Part shown: piece after piece, positions 1 through 8,630 of the stretch
How positions within the stretch are numbered: position 1 is the stretch's first letter
Layout of the letters: each line of letters starts with the position of its first letter
Made by a program: the position numbers and the translations under genes
Notes under the pieces: model-generated
What the model saw: the letters and a program-made list of their open reading frames with translations, nothing else
Told to the model about the DNA's origin: nothing
Databases searched by the model: none
Source: a virus
Taxonomy: Duplodnaviria; Caudoviricetes
Virus record (IMG/VR): IMGVR_UViG_2588253758_000004
Direction: 5' to 3' (one strand)
Length of the DNA stretch: 64,000 bases

Positions 1-90
1 GGCTGTCATACCGAGTGCCAGTTCCTGCAAGTTTACTATATCGTCCGAATAGGTGTACCTACCACCTGTTTCTGCAATGTATTCCTTCAT
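1..90 (-). CDS. 5' end of a baseplate/tail protein (runs off the window edge)
   Basis: ATG at 90, open frame MKEYIAETGGRYTYSDDIVNLQELALGMTA, directly after the 94..648 gene; absent from the ORF track. Confidence 0.6.
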   Translation of the reverse strand, partial: MKEYIAETGGRYTYSDDIVNLQELALGMTA

Positions 91-93
91 ACG

Positions 94-648
94 TTATTTG
101 TTTGGATATATTTCTGTTCCATCTATCTTTATCAGATATGTTTTTCCTGCCACTTTATAGCTGTTCACCACATAGGAGAGCATATAGACAAACTCTTTGG
201 TCGGTATGGTAATTGAGGGAACGTTCACCATAAAACTCACCTTGTTCAGAGCTCGCTCTTCGGCTAACCGATAGAACTCTCGCGGCTCTTCCAGCGGGTT
301 GGAGGTCAAAACCTGTTCGCTCTGCATCCATACCGTGAAGGGTTTTGCGTTTTTTGCCCCCTCGTGGTAAATATCGACACCTAGCGGTGAGCTCTCCGAG
401 ATAAAGATTCTATCCTCCGACTTGGCAAAGTATCGTTTGAATTTGTAGTTGAGATACCATTCAAAATAGATCACCTGTGAAGTCATTCTCGCCTCGATAT
501 GCTTCTCTTTAGCAAATTGTTCAAAACGCTCATTGAGCGTTTTGAGCGGATAGACCAAACTCTGCAACAAAAGGATATACCGCCTGCCACTAAGGTAGTA
601 CGGCACCAACCGATTAATCAGTTTGTCTGTGGGCACTCTATATCTCAT
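94..648 (-). CDS. Putative baseplate protein (partner of the J-like wedge protein)
   Basis: 184 aa, directly downstream of the baseplate J-like gene; late-promoter motif at 661-689. Confidence 0.55.
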   Translation of the reverse strand: MRYRVPTDKLINRLVPYYLSGRRYILLLQSLVYPLKTLNERFEQFAKEKHIEARMTSQVIYFEWYLNYKFKRYFAKSEDRIFISESSPLGVDIYHEGAKNAKPFTVWMQSEQVLTSNPLEEPREFYRLAEERALNKVSFMVNVPSITIPTKEFVYMLSYVVNSYKVAGKTYLIKIDGTEIYPNK

Positions 649-1534
649 CGTTTCTATCTAAGATTAGTGTAATTGCTTGACGAAAGTTTGGGACCGACTT
701 CTCTTCGCCTTTACCGCTTGACTGTTTGAGGTAGCCCGAAGAGGTGTGCGTCATTCGTCCGACCCGTACCATTGGGGTGATATGACCATCTGAATTATAG
801 GGGGCGATGTAGATGCCCTGTACGGGTGTTGCGTTGGTGTCGATATAGACATCTGTTACATGCTCGGCACTGCGAATGGCTGCGATGATGTCCGAGACAT
901 AGATAGTCGAATCGAACTTAATATCCTGCATAAAGACGTTGAGCTGTTCTTCAATCAGGTCATAGACCACCGATTCCATAACCGCACCGTCGTAATAGAC
1001 CGATACACGCGGCACCAACACATCACCCTCCCCGCTTGTAACCTCGATACGAGTACCGGCAAACTTGATTTTGTTGATATATGCCTGAATCATCGTCAGC
1101 TCCTCAATATCTATCGCGTGCAGGCGGCCTTTGTCGCCGGTGGCCACTTTCAGAATCAGTTTATTGTCGAGGTTCACATCGCTGTGGCTCTCCATATAGG
1201 AAGCTTGAGTGACTATCTGCTTTGTGCTATCGGTTTCAGCATAACCGAAGGCAAGTCCATCTTCACGCACCAATATCTCATCGCCCTTTTGGTATTGCTT
1301 CAGTGCGTTGATGTAATAAGTCGGAGTGCCGTTAATGCGGTTGTTAATCACCTTGGATATATCCACCGAAAAGAGATCAAGGATAGCCTCAAAGCTAAAG
1401 ACCACAGCGGCAAAAGTCCACGTTATGCCGTTGAGAATAGATAGCTTCGAGTCGCTGGAAAACTCCGAAAGTTCGAGACGTTTGTTGCGCTCCGCCACCG
1501 CCTCATCGTATATCTGCTTAATTGTTCGTGCCAT
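638..1534 (-). CDS. Baseplate J-like wedge protein
   Basis: 298 aa; MARTIKQI start and YINKIKFAGT...IRSAEHVTDV pattern resembling Bacteroidota phage baseplate proteins; synteny. Confidence 0.6.
   Translation of the reverse strand: MARTIKQIYDEAVAERNKRLELSEFSSDSKLSILNGITWTFAAVVFSFEAILDLFSVDISKVINNRINGTPTYYINALKQYQKGDEILVREDGLAFGYAETDSTKQIVTQASYMESHSDVNLDNKLILKVATGDKGRLHAIDIEELTMIQAYINKIKFAGTRIEVTSGEGDVLVPRVSVYYDGAVMESVVYDLIEEQLNVFMQDIKFDSTIYVSDIIAAIRSAEHVTDVYIDTNATPVQGIYIAPYNSDGHITPMVRVGRMTHTSSGYLKQSSGKGEEKSVPNFRQAITLILDRNDEI
661..689 (-). promoter_or_regulatory. Putative phage late promoter AAAC-N18-CTAATCT
   Basis: + strand AGATTAG(661-667)-18 nt-GTTT(686-689), 12 nt before ATG 648. Confidence 0.65.
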
Positions 1535-2456
1535 ATTTGTATGTCGTATTGTCGATTATAAATTCCCACACACCGCCCTCGTTCCAAGCGGGTTCATTAG
1601 TCAGTACCCATATTGCTCCCATTCCCGAGGTGAGTATATAGCGGTTGTTTTCGTCTCGCTCTGGTTCGGCGTAGTTGCCCGATGGCACCGTTTTCATTGT
1701 GATGCGGCAATTACGGCGGTTACCGTGTTTCTGCACTAAGCCAACTAGAAAGGCATCAATGGTCGGCTGGCGATAGACAAAAGTCAAAAGATTCAGTTCC
1801 ATCAACTCCTTTAGCTCAACGAGCGGCATCAGTTTCTCTGTTTTGATACTATCGAGCGTTATCCGAAATGTGCCCCGAAGCATCGGCAAACTATCAAGTG
1901 GCAAGGAGACATCCGACACCTTGAATCGCTCCACCGAAAGCGGTTTTAATATATACATTGCTAATGGTCGTAAATCACTCACATCAAGAGTTTTGAACGA
2001 TGCTTGTATATACAGTGTAACTTTCCGTTTTTCGCCGATAGATGAATCGAAAATATGGGTGATATTTTGCACCGTGTCGGTGAGCGTAATGGTCTCCCCC
2101 GGAGAGTTATCACCCCAATCAACCTCGATATTTCCGCTACCCGAACAGGAGAAGCCGACACTGATTTCAGTGTTGGAGGTGTAAACCTCAACGCACTTAG
2201 GCAGCGTAAAGCTCTTGGGGTAGACGTGCATTTCACCCGATGCCGGAGTGATACCGTGCGTATCGTAATAGGCTGAAACCTCTTTGTTAATCAGATAACC
2301 TTCGGTGTAATTCAGCTCATCACCCGAACGCAAATCGCTATCGAGCGACAAGTTCTCATTCGTTGCCAGCAGGTCGAGAATCCCCTCCACCGAGCCGTAG
2401 ATATGTAGGGCCACATCATAGATATTTTGCCCTTGTGTGATTCTGTATTTACCCAT
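1518..2456 (-). CDS. Baseplate protein with N-terminal LysM/tail-X-like domain
   Basis: YRITQGQNIYDVALHIYGSVEG...N...L LysM-like pattern; ATG 2456 preferred. Confidence 0.6.
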   Translation of the reverse strand: MGKYRITQGQNIYDVALHIYGSVEGILDLLATNENLSLDSDLRSGDELNYTEGYLINKEVSAYYDTHGITPASGEMHVYPKSFTLPKCVEVYTSNTEISVGFSCSGSGNIEVDWGDNSPGETITLTDTVQNITHIFDSSIGEKRKVTLYIQASFKTLDVSDLRPLAMYILKPLSVERFKVSDVSLPLDSLPMLRGTFRITLDSIKTEKLMPLVELKELMELNLLTFVYRQPTIDAFLVGLVQKHGNRRNCRITMKTVPSGNYAEPERDENNRYILTSGMGAIWVLTNEPAWNEGGVWEFIIDNTTYKYGTNN

Positions 2457-3129
2457 TTTTCTCTCTGACCTCCAATAATAGTTCACCTGTTTCCGAGTTC
2501 ATATAGGCGTTAACGACAATCATATTGTCCGCCTCAAACTCCTTTTGAAGCTTCGCTGCCAATCCTGAGTTCTCAAAATTGCCGTGCAGAAAGTCTATCA
2601 GCCCAACACCGGTTAGGGGATGCTGGTAGAGCGTACCTGCCGATGCCCGAAGCAGAAAGTTTTGGTTCTGTGACAGCGATGCCTTTACCAGCAAATCGGT
2701 CTCTTTGCCGCTATACAGGCTCAGGCGACCACCCTCTAACCGCAGGTTGAAATAGTTCTGCTCATTGATTGCTCTGAACTCTGCCAAACGAATTGCAACG
2801 CCATCGGGCAAAGCCACATCAAACCACAACCCGTTATCACTTGCATTGCGAATAAACTCCGAGAGATCGCTATTCAAATCCACCCGAAACCGCACTCTCA
2901 ACTGCTTGAAAATAGGTTTGTAGGGAATGGAGATATGCGCTTCAAGCCCATCTTTGACTCGTTTCTCGAAGTTCTGCGGAATAATGACCTCTCCATAACA
3001 GTAGTTGTCGTTATCAGCCCCCGGCACACTATCGAGCAGCACAAAATCATAGTTCATCTTGCCGATTATATTGTCTGTGGTCTCCAACTCGCCGTAATCG
3101 GCATCTATCTGTATATCTTGTCTTGCCAT
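2449..3129 (-). CDS. Baseplate wedge protein (gp25-like C-terminus)
   Basis: C-terminal GTLYQHPLTGVGLIDFL motif; synteny; ATG 3129 (MARQDIQ). Confidence 0.5.
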   Translation of the reverse strand: MARQDIQIDADYGELETTDNIIGKMNYDFVLLDSVPGADNDNYCYGEVIIPQNFEKRVKDGLEAHISIPYKPIFKQLRVRFRVDLNSDLSEFIRNASDNGLWFDVALPDGVAIRLAEFRAINEQNYFNLRLEGGRLSLYSGKETDLLVKASLSQNQNFLLRASAGTLYQHPLTGVGLIDFLHGNFENSGLAAKLQKEFEADNMIVVNAYMNSETGELLLEVREKNG

Positions 3130-3138
3130 CGTATAATT

Positions 3139-3173
3139 AAAAAAGCCGCCCAATCGTTTAGGAGTGAGCGGCT
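3139..3173 (-). terminator. Intrinsic terminator-like hairpin
   Basis: AGCCGC(3144-3149)/GCGGCT(3168-3173) stem followed by T6 on the minus strand. Confidence 0.65.
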
Positions 3174-3189
3174 GGTTTCACTCTATAAA

Positions 3190-3218
3190 AGAATAGAGAA
3201 AACAGAGCAAGAAAGTTT
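3190..3218 (-). promoter_or_regulatory. Putative late promoter AAAC-N18-CTATTCT
   Basis: AGAATAG(3190-3196)-18 nt-GTTT(3215-3218). Confidence 0.7.
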
Positions 3219-3220
3219 AT

Positions 3221-3544
3221 TTAGTCACCGGAAATCGAGTCATAAATGGTAGAAACCGTACCCCACATATCATCGGGCAGGTTCTCGTCAGAGATTTTCT
3301 CGCATACCATTTTCAGGTACTCCATCTCGTCTTTGGAGAAGTCGATATGTAGCGGTTTATCTTTCTCTACATCCCACTCGATACGTTTGGTCTCGGCGTT
3401 CTCGTGAAGATTAATCTCTTCGCGCTCCGTTTCTGAGATTTCGATTTTGCGTAGAATCTCTTTCTTGAGATTGAACTGTTTGAAGTTACCCTCCTTGGGC
3501 AGAAATACCGGTAGGTAAAGCCTGTCTTTGATGCTTAATTCCAT
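3221..3544 (-). CDS. Hypothetical phage protein (possible tail fibre assembly factor)
   Basis: 107 aa acidic ORF downstream of the fibre gene. Confidence 0.6.
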   Translation of the reverse strand: MELSIKDRLYLPVFLPKEGNFKQFNLKKEILRKIEISETEREEINLHENAETKRIEWDVEKDKPLHIDFSKDEMEYLKMVCEKISDENLPDDMWGTVSTIYDSISGD

Positions 3545-3561
3545 AACTGATTTTTTAGTGT

Positions 3562-3873
3562 TTATTTTTCTGATGATTGTTGAGTTGCTGTTTGGGGATT
3601 AATTTCATCCCTGATGAGTTCCATAAAGAGCTCAAAGTCCTCGAAGATTTTTAACAAGGGTGCGTTCCCGGGCAGTGAGCAGTTGATGTTGTCATTCTCG
3701 AAGATGACATATCCGAGATGTCGTTTCTCGTTGAGTTCACCCGTAGGCAATGCAAAAACCGATGCTTGGACTTTCGTTAAGGTGTTGTTGGAGGCTGTGA
3801 ACTCCAAAGAGTAGAAGGCATTTCGGGTGCTCTCCTCTGCTGTTTTGATGATTGTTGTCTTTATAATTTCCAT
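3562..3873 (-). CDS. Hypothetical phage protein
   Basis: ATG 3873 (MEIIKTT), 20 nt after a late-promoter motif. Confidence 0.6.
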   Translation of the reverse strand: MEIIKTTIIKTAEESTRNAFYSLEFTASNNTLTKVQASVFALPTGELNEKRHLGYVIFENDNINCSLPGNAPLLKIFEDFELFMELIRDEINPQTATQQSSEK

Positions 3874-3893
3874 AATTGAGATGTGTTTCATTA

Positions 3894-3922
3894 AGATTAG
3901 TGGATGCGGAGCTGAAAAGTTT
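3894..3922 (-). promoter_or_regulatory. Putative late promoter AAAC-N18-CTAATCT
   Basis: AGATTAG(3894-3900)-18 nt-GTTT(3919-3922). Confidence 0.7.
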
Positions 3923-6900
3923 ATAAATCCCAGTCGGCCGTGCTAAATACTTGAAAACAGAATGAGCCCTCATTGGCCGATGAGTCATCTTGGGTTTGGA
4001 CTTGAAAATAAGTGCTGTAAACTCCCATAACAGTAACGTATATCGGGGTATTGGTGTAATAGCCTGTCATCTGCACAAAGTAATTACCACTGAGATTCCA
4101 AGGGAGATTGATTGTGTAGCGTCCGACCGCAGTTCTGGAGATGGTCATTCTGTTGCCATCGTAGGTTTTTTGCTTCATCGACACGCTCGTTCCGGAAAGT
4201 GTCACGACTCCTGATGCCAATACTTGCAGGTAGTTACCGTACCTTCCACTGCACATCATATCGCGTCGGTTAATAACTATCCACCCGAAGAAGGTTACAT
4301 CATCACCGTAACCGAGCAATTCGATAGTCTCACGAGAGAACGTGATGGTTGATTTTTGTATGCCATCTTCGAAAAAATACTTGCCATAGGGGGCAGTAAT
4401 CGACATCACCCCTTGCGATATTGTGCTTCTCCACTGATAATTCACGATACAAACTCGTCTGCCCGAATTGTCAAGTGTCCACGGCAATGGAACATTCTCA
4501 TCCCAACTACCTCTTGTGGCTACCACGTTGTCGAAGTTATTGAGATTCTGTTGGTTCAAATTAGCAGTATCACCAAAGTTGATGTAGATTGACGGATCGT
4601 TCATTACAAAAGGACTGCGAAATGTTCCTCTAATACGGACATTCGAGAATATCGCTTTTTGTGCCGTAATATTCCCGGCTGTGTCCCAACTTATATTGCC
4701 GTTGGCCAACTGACCCGAACCGTCATTGTTGAGTTTCCATCGTGTTCCGTTGACAATAGAGCCATCAGACGAGAGAGCAACGCTATTTTTGGAGATCTGA
4801 TAGGAGTTAATGCTCCAACCTCCGATATATCCTTTGTCAATGGTCAGTGTGAGTGCATTGATGTTGGCTGCCGTAATGATAGCCGCCCGTATGGAGTCGG
4901 TATTGATACGTGCTGCATCAATTGTCCCTGCGGTGATTTGAGATGCCACTATCGAACCTGTATATACACCTGTCGAGGTAATTTGGGTCAGCTTAGAATA
5001 TGACGAACCACCTAATGCAGTTGTAATGTTATCTATTGGAGCACTCCAATTTAGCGATACAGACGATGCAAATATTACTGTCCCGGCTGCGTTCCAAGAG
5101 ATATTCCCATTGGCTATTTGTCCTGAACCATCGTTGTTGAGTCGCCATTTAGTTCCGTTGTATATAGAGCCGTCAGAACCCAAATAGACGCTGTTTTTCC
5201 AGATATTCTGATTGTCAAAACCCCAGCCTGCAATGCGGTTGTAGACCTGCTGGCTACCGGAGAGTAGTGTATTTGCAGAGAGACAGAAATACTCCAGATT
5301 ATCGTGAGACATCATCTGAACGCCCATAAACCCTGTTTTGATACTGCTGCCTGACGCTGCAATCTGCCCAAATGTAATGTGACCTGCGTTGTTTGTTTGG
5401 TGCCATGTCATCGTAATTCCATAAAGCTTGCAGGTGCCTAAATATATGCTACCGCTTCCTGAGTTTGTTGTCCGAATCTGAATAGGGGTCTGACCAAATG
5501 CACCAATAGCCCCGACACTCATATTATCACTTCCAATGGTGAAACCTCCAATGGTTCCACGCACAAAGGAGCAGGATAAACCATTGATGTAGGTCGTATT
5601 AATAATATCGGATTTGATACTGGCAGCATCAAGTTTGGTGGCAGTAATGCTACCCGTTGCAATTCGGTCTGCGCTTAGTGTGCCTGTGATGATGCTACTT
5701 GCATTGATGGCTACGGCATTGACCTGAGAAGCTGTCAGCGTTCCGGTATAAATACCTGTCGAACTGATGTATGTGAGCTTAGGAAATGACGCGCCACCCA
5801 AAGCGTTGTTAATATCGTTTATTGGCGTTGTCCAGCTAAGCGATACAGCAGCTGAGAATGTCACCGCCCCTGCTGCATTCCATGAGATATTACCCGAAGC
5901 CAAGCTCCCGGAGCCATCGTTATTCAATGCCCATTTGCCGGAGTTGGCAATTGAGCCGTCAGCACCCAGATAGACGTTGTTTTTGTATATCTGCGAAGCA
6001 TTGAGATTCCAACCTGCTATCTGATTGACAGACCCCAAACGAACCAAGGTATTACCTGCCGAATCGGTAGAAAGCATCCCAAAATCGCTGTTGCTCGTAT
6101 AGTACAGCATTGTTCTGTGTCCAGCAGTTGAACTCGACGAGGCTCCAAAAACGGCAATGCGATTATTGGTCTTATCGAGTATAATCTGACCACCTGAAAT
6201 CGAACCACTATTGATTGTCCATCCACCGATTGTTCCCTGCACAAAAGCACACGACAAACCGTTGATGTAACCCACGTTGATAATATTGGCTTTGATGCTT
6301 GCCGCATCGAGTTTGGTGGAGTTAATGCTTCCGGCTGCAATTCGGTCGGCACTGATTATTCCGGCTGTAATCTGCTCGGCAGTGATAGAACCCGTATAAA
6401 TCCCCGTTGACGAAATTTGCGTGAGCTTCGGAAACGATGTGCCACCCAGAGCAGTATTGATATTGTCGATGGGTGTAGTCCAATTCAGCGACACCGAAGC
6501 GGCAAAGGTTACCACCCCGGCAGCATCCCAAGCAATATTACCCCCTGCCACAGCACCGGCACCGGTCGAATCTAATCTCCATTTATAGCCACGAATACCG
6601 GTAGTCCCGATGGTCATTAACCCTGAAGCTGCTGTATATGCCCCCGAAATGTTGTTCTTTGTCCCGAGATATATGGAGTCCGTATCAATTGACCAGCCTC
6701 CGATTTTGCCTTTGGTAACGTTCAGTGTCAATGCCTCAATATTACCTGCGGTGATAAGCGTTGCTTTCAGTGCTGCTGTGTCTATTCTTGAAGCGTCTAT
6801 CGTCCCGGCACTGATTTGCGAGGCGTTAATACGAATGGCATTGACCGTATTAGCAGAGAGCGTTCCTGTAAAAATTCCACTCGCATCAATGTAGGTAGCA

Positions 6901-7328
6901 CCGACCCACGCCAGCGCGACCTCGCTACCAAACTCAACCTTGCCCGTAACGGCGTTGTACTTGATAGATTGATTTCCTCGCCCCAATTGAGCATTGCCGC
7001 CACTGTCGATAAAAAATGTTTTGTAACCGTCCCGAAAGCCATAGATGCCGTCAATGGTTTCGGTGATTATTACCCCTGCATCGTTGCGTGTAGACATTGA
7101 GAATCGCCCCAAGGCAACACCTGTCAATGTATTGTTGGCATTCTTGACCCCTGCAAAGATTTTGGGCGTGATTACGCTGCTGGAATTAATAACGGTTTTG
7201 GCTGTATTCCAATCCGCCACCCAGTCCAACAGGTTTGCATCGACTCCCGCAGGACCGGGCACGCCATCAGAGAGCGTGGATATGGTAATCCACGCTCGTG
7301 CTAATGTTGTTCCGGGTGCTACGCTCAT
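3921..7328 (-). CDS. Tail fibre / receptor-binding protein with internal repeats
   Basis: 1135 aa, G/S/T/I/A-rich; repeated IGGW, ANGNISW and ITAG...IxAxRI units. Confidence 0.75.
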   Translation of the reverse strand: MSVAPGTTLARAWITISTLSDGVPGPAGVDANLLDWVADWNTAKTVINSSSVITPKIFAGVKNANNTLTGVALGRFSMSTRNDAGVIITETIDGIYGFRDGYKTFFIDSGGNAQLGRGNQSIKYNAVTGKVEFGSEVALAWVGATYIDASGIFTGTLSANTVNAIRINASQISAGTIDASRIDTAALKATLITAGNIEALTLNVTKGKIGGWSIDTDSIYLGTKNNISGAYTAASGLMTIGTTGIRGYKWRLDSTGAGAVAGGNIAWDAAGVVTFAASVSLNWTTPIDNINTALGGTSFPKLTQISSTGIYTGSITAEQITAGIISADRIAAGSINSTKLDAASIKANIINVGYINGLSCAFVQGTIGGWTINSGSISGGQIILDKTNNRIAVFGASSSSTAGHRTMLYYTSNSDFGMLSTDSAGNTLVRLGSVNQIAGWNLNASQIYKNNVYLGADGSIANSGKWALNNDGSGSLASGNISWNAAGAVTFSAAVSLSWTTPINDINNALGGASFPKLTYISSTGIYTGTLTASQVNAVAINASSIITGTLSADRIATGSITATKLDAASIKSDIINTTYINGLSCSFVRGTIGGFTIGSDNMSVGAIGAFGQTPIQIRTTNSGSGSIYLGTCKLYGITMTWHQTNNAGHITFGQIAASGSSIKTGFMGVQMMSHDNLEYFCLSANTLLSGSQQVYNRIAGWGFDNQNIWKNSVYLGSDGSIYNGTKWRLNNDGSGQIANGNISWNAAGTVIFASSVSLNWSAPIDNITTALGGSSYSKLTQITSTGVYTGSIVASQITAGTIDAARINTDSIRAAIITAANINALTLTIDKGYIGGWSINSYQISKNSVALSSDGSIVNGTRWKLNNDGSGQLANGNISWDTAGNITAQKAIFSNVRIRGTFRSPFVMNDPSIYINFGDTANLNQQNLNNFDNVVATRGSWDENVPLPWTLDNSGRRVCIVNYQWRSTISQGVMSITAPYGKYFFEDGIQKSTITFSRETIELLGYGDDVTFFGWIVINRRDMMCSGRYGNYLQVLASGVVTLSGTSVSMKQKTYDGNRMTISRTAVGRYTINLPWNLSGNYFVQMTGYYTNTPIYVTVMGVYSTYFQVQTQDDSSANEGSFCFQVFSTADWDL

Positions 7329-8618
7329 CTATTTTGAGATTAGTTCACATTCAAAAGTCGCCTTGCCGCTTACTTCTGACGCTTGTACGGTGATGGTTTT
7401 GGTTACTCGGCTCTCTGATTGTGGAACGCCGCTGTCATTGTACTTGTTCCACTTATAGGAGTAAGTAACACCCGTTGCATCAATCTCTTCACCGTTACGC
7501 CATACTTTGGCGGTCAAGGTCAGTGAGCCTGCTCCGTTCTTGATAATATTGCCTGCCGGAGCTGCAATGTCAATGGTGATGGGGTCGGACATATCCGAAA
7601 GCGAAACGATATCGCTCACTACGCTGTTGGTCGTCCCACTGGCTGAGTCGGTGTCTTTGATAGCACACTTGAACGTCTCATAATTAAGCACCGCACCGTC
7701 TGGAACTATAATCTCATTAGTGGTGTGCCCAGTGATTCCGCCATAGGTGTAGGTTGCATTAATTACACCCCAGTTTGTGCCGAGGGTAACGTCATACTCA
7801 GGGCAGGTGATTGCAGCTCCGCTTGCCACAGCTGTCGTTACATTGGTGGTGAATGTGACTGCTTTGGTGGACGTATTAACGCTCTGCACCACATACGATG
7901 CTGCACCAATGGTTGCCAGTGAGCCCTCAATCACATCGGTTACGTCGCTGAATATAACAACTGCTTGTCCTGTGGTCGCGGCTGCTCCGGCGGTCTTGTT
8001 TGCAAAGACCCCTGCCTTTTTGATGCCCCATTTGTAGCTCACCAGCGTATTGTCAATCTGGTTACCCCGCCATAGATCGCAGTGGATTTTTAGTGAGCTG
8101 GGCGATGCGTTTTGGAATACACTGCCATCAGGAGTGTAAGCAATCGCACATATCAATGCACCGGCATTGTCCACCCTTGCAAAAGCAATGTCGGTTGCAA
8201 ATGGCAGTTCAAGCCCTGTGCGTGGGTCAATAAAGATTGCCTCAAAGCGATAACGCACGGTCGTAGCTGCCGAGAGTTGGTTCTGTTTCACAGTCAACGC
8301 ATACGGAGCTACCGAAGTTGAAAACTCGGTGGTGCCTGCCACATTTGAGAGTGCCGTGCCGTCCTTGTACCACTTTACGCTGCCTGCCTTGATACGCCCG
8401 GCTACACTCATCTGGTTAGCCGTATCGCCACTCATATAAACCGATGGGGTCAATACGAGAAAGGGCGAAGAGGTCCAGTTGGGCGAATAACTTGCTGTGT
8501 CCTTGCTGAAAATTTGCGTTGTAGCCTGATTGGAGGTGATAAACGCATTGATACTTACTGAGTCATTTAGGTCGATAATCGTAATCTGACCTCTTGCGAT
8601 TCTGTCGCCTGTTGCCAT
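7329..8618 (-). CDS. Virion structural protein with Ig-like domains
   Basis: 429 aa; G..FKNG...LTAKVWRNG...YKWNKY...TFECEL pattern. Confidence 0.6.
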   Translation of the reverse strand: MATGDRIARGQITIIDLNDSVSINAFITSNQATTQIFSKDTASYSPNWTSSPFLVLTPSVYMSGDTANQMSVAGRIKAGSVKWYKDGTALSNVAGTTEFSTSVAPYALTVKQNQLSAATTVRYRFEAIFIDPRTGLELPFATDIAFARVDNAGALICAIAYTPDGSVFQNASPSSLKIHCDLWRGNQIDNTLVSYKWGIKKAGVFANKTAGAAATTGQAVVIFSDVTDVIEGSLATIGAASYVVQSVNTSTKAVTFTTNVTTAVASGAAITCPEYDVTLGTNWGVINATYTYGGITGHTTNEIIVPDGAVLNYETFKCAIKDTDSASGTTNSVVSDIVSLSDMSDPITIDIAAPAGNIIKNGAGSLTLTAKVWRNGEEIDATGVTYSYKWNKYNDSGVPQSESRVTKTITVQASEVSGKATFECELISK

Positions 8619-8630
8619 AATGTTTTTGTT

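Noticed and set aside
860-1444. Long antisense/alternative-frame ORFs (e.g. 860..1444, 14155..14736, 35531..36067, 38456..38998)
   Set aside because: Shadows of well-supported genes; no motifs or expression signals
3921-7328. Diversity-generating retroelement target in the tail fibre
   Set aside because: No reverse transcriptase and no TR/VR pair differing at adenines in the window
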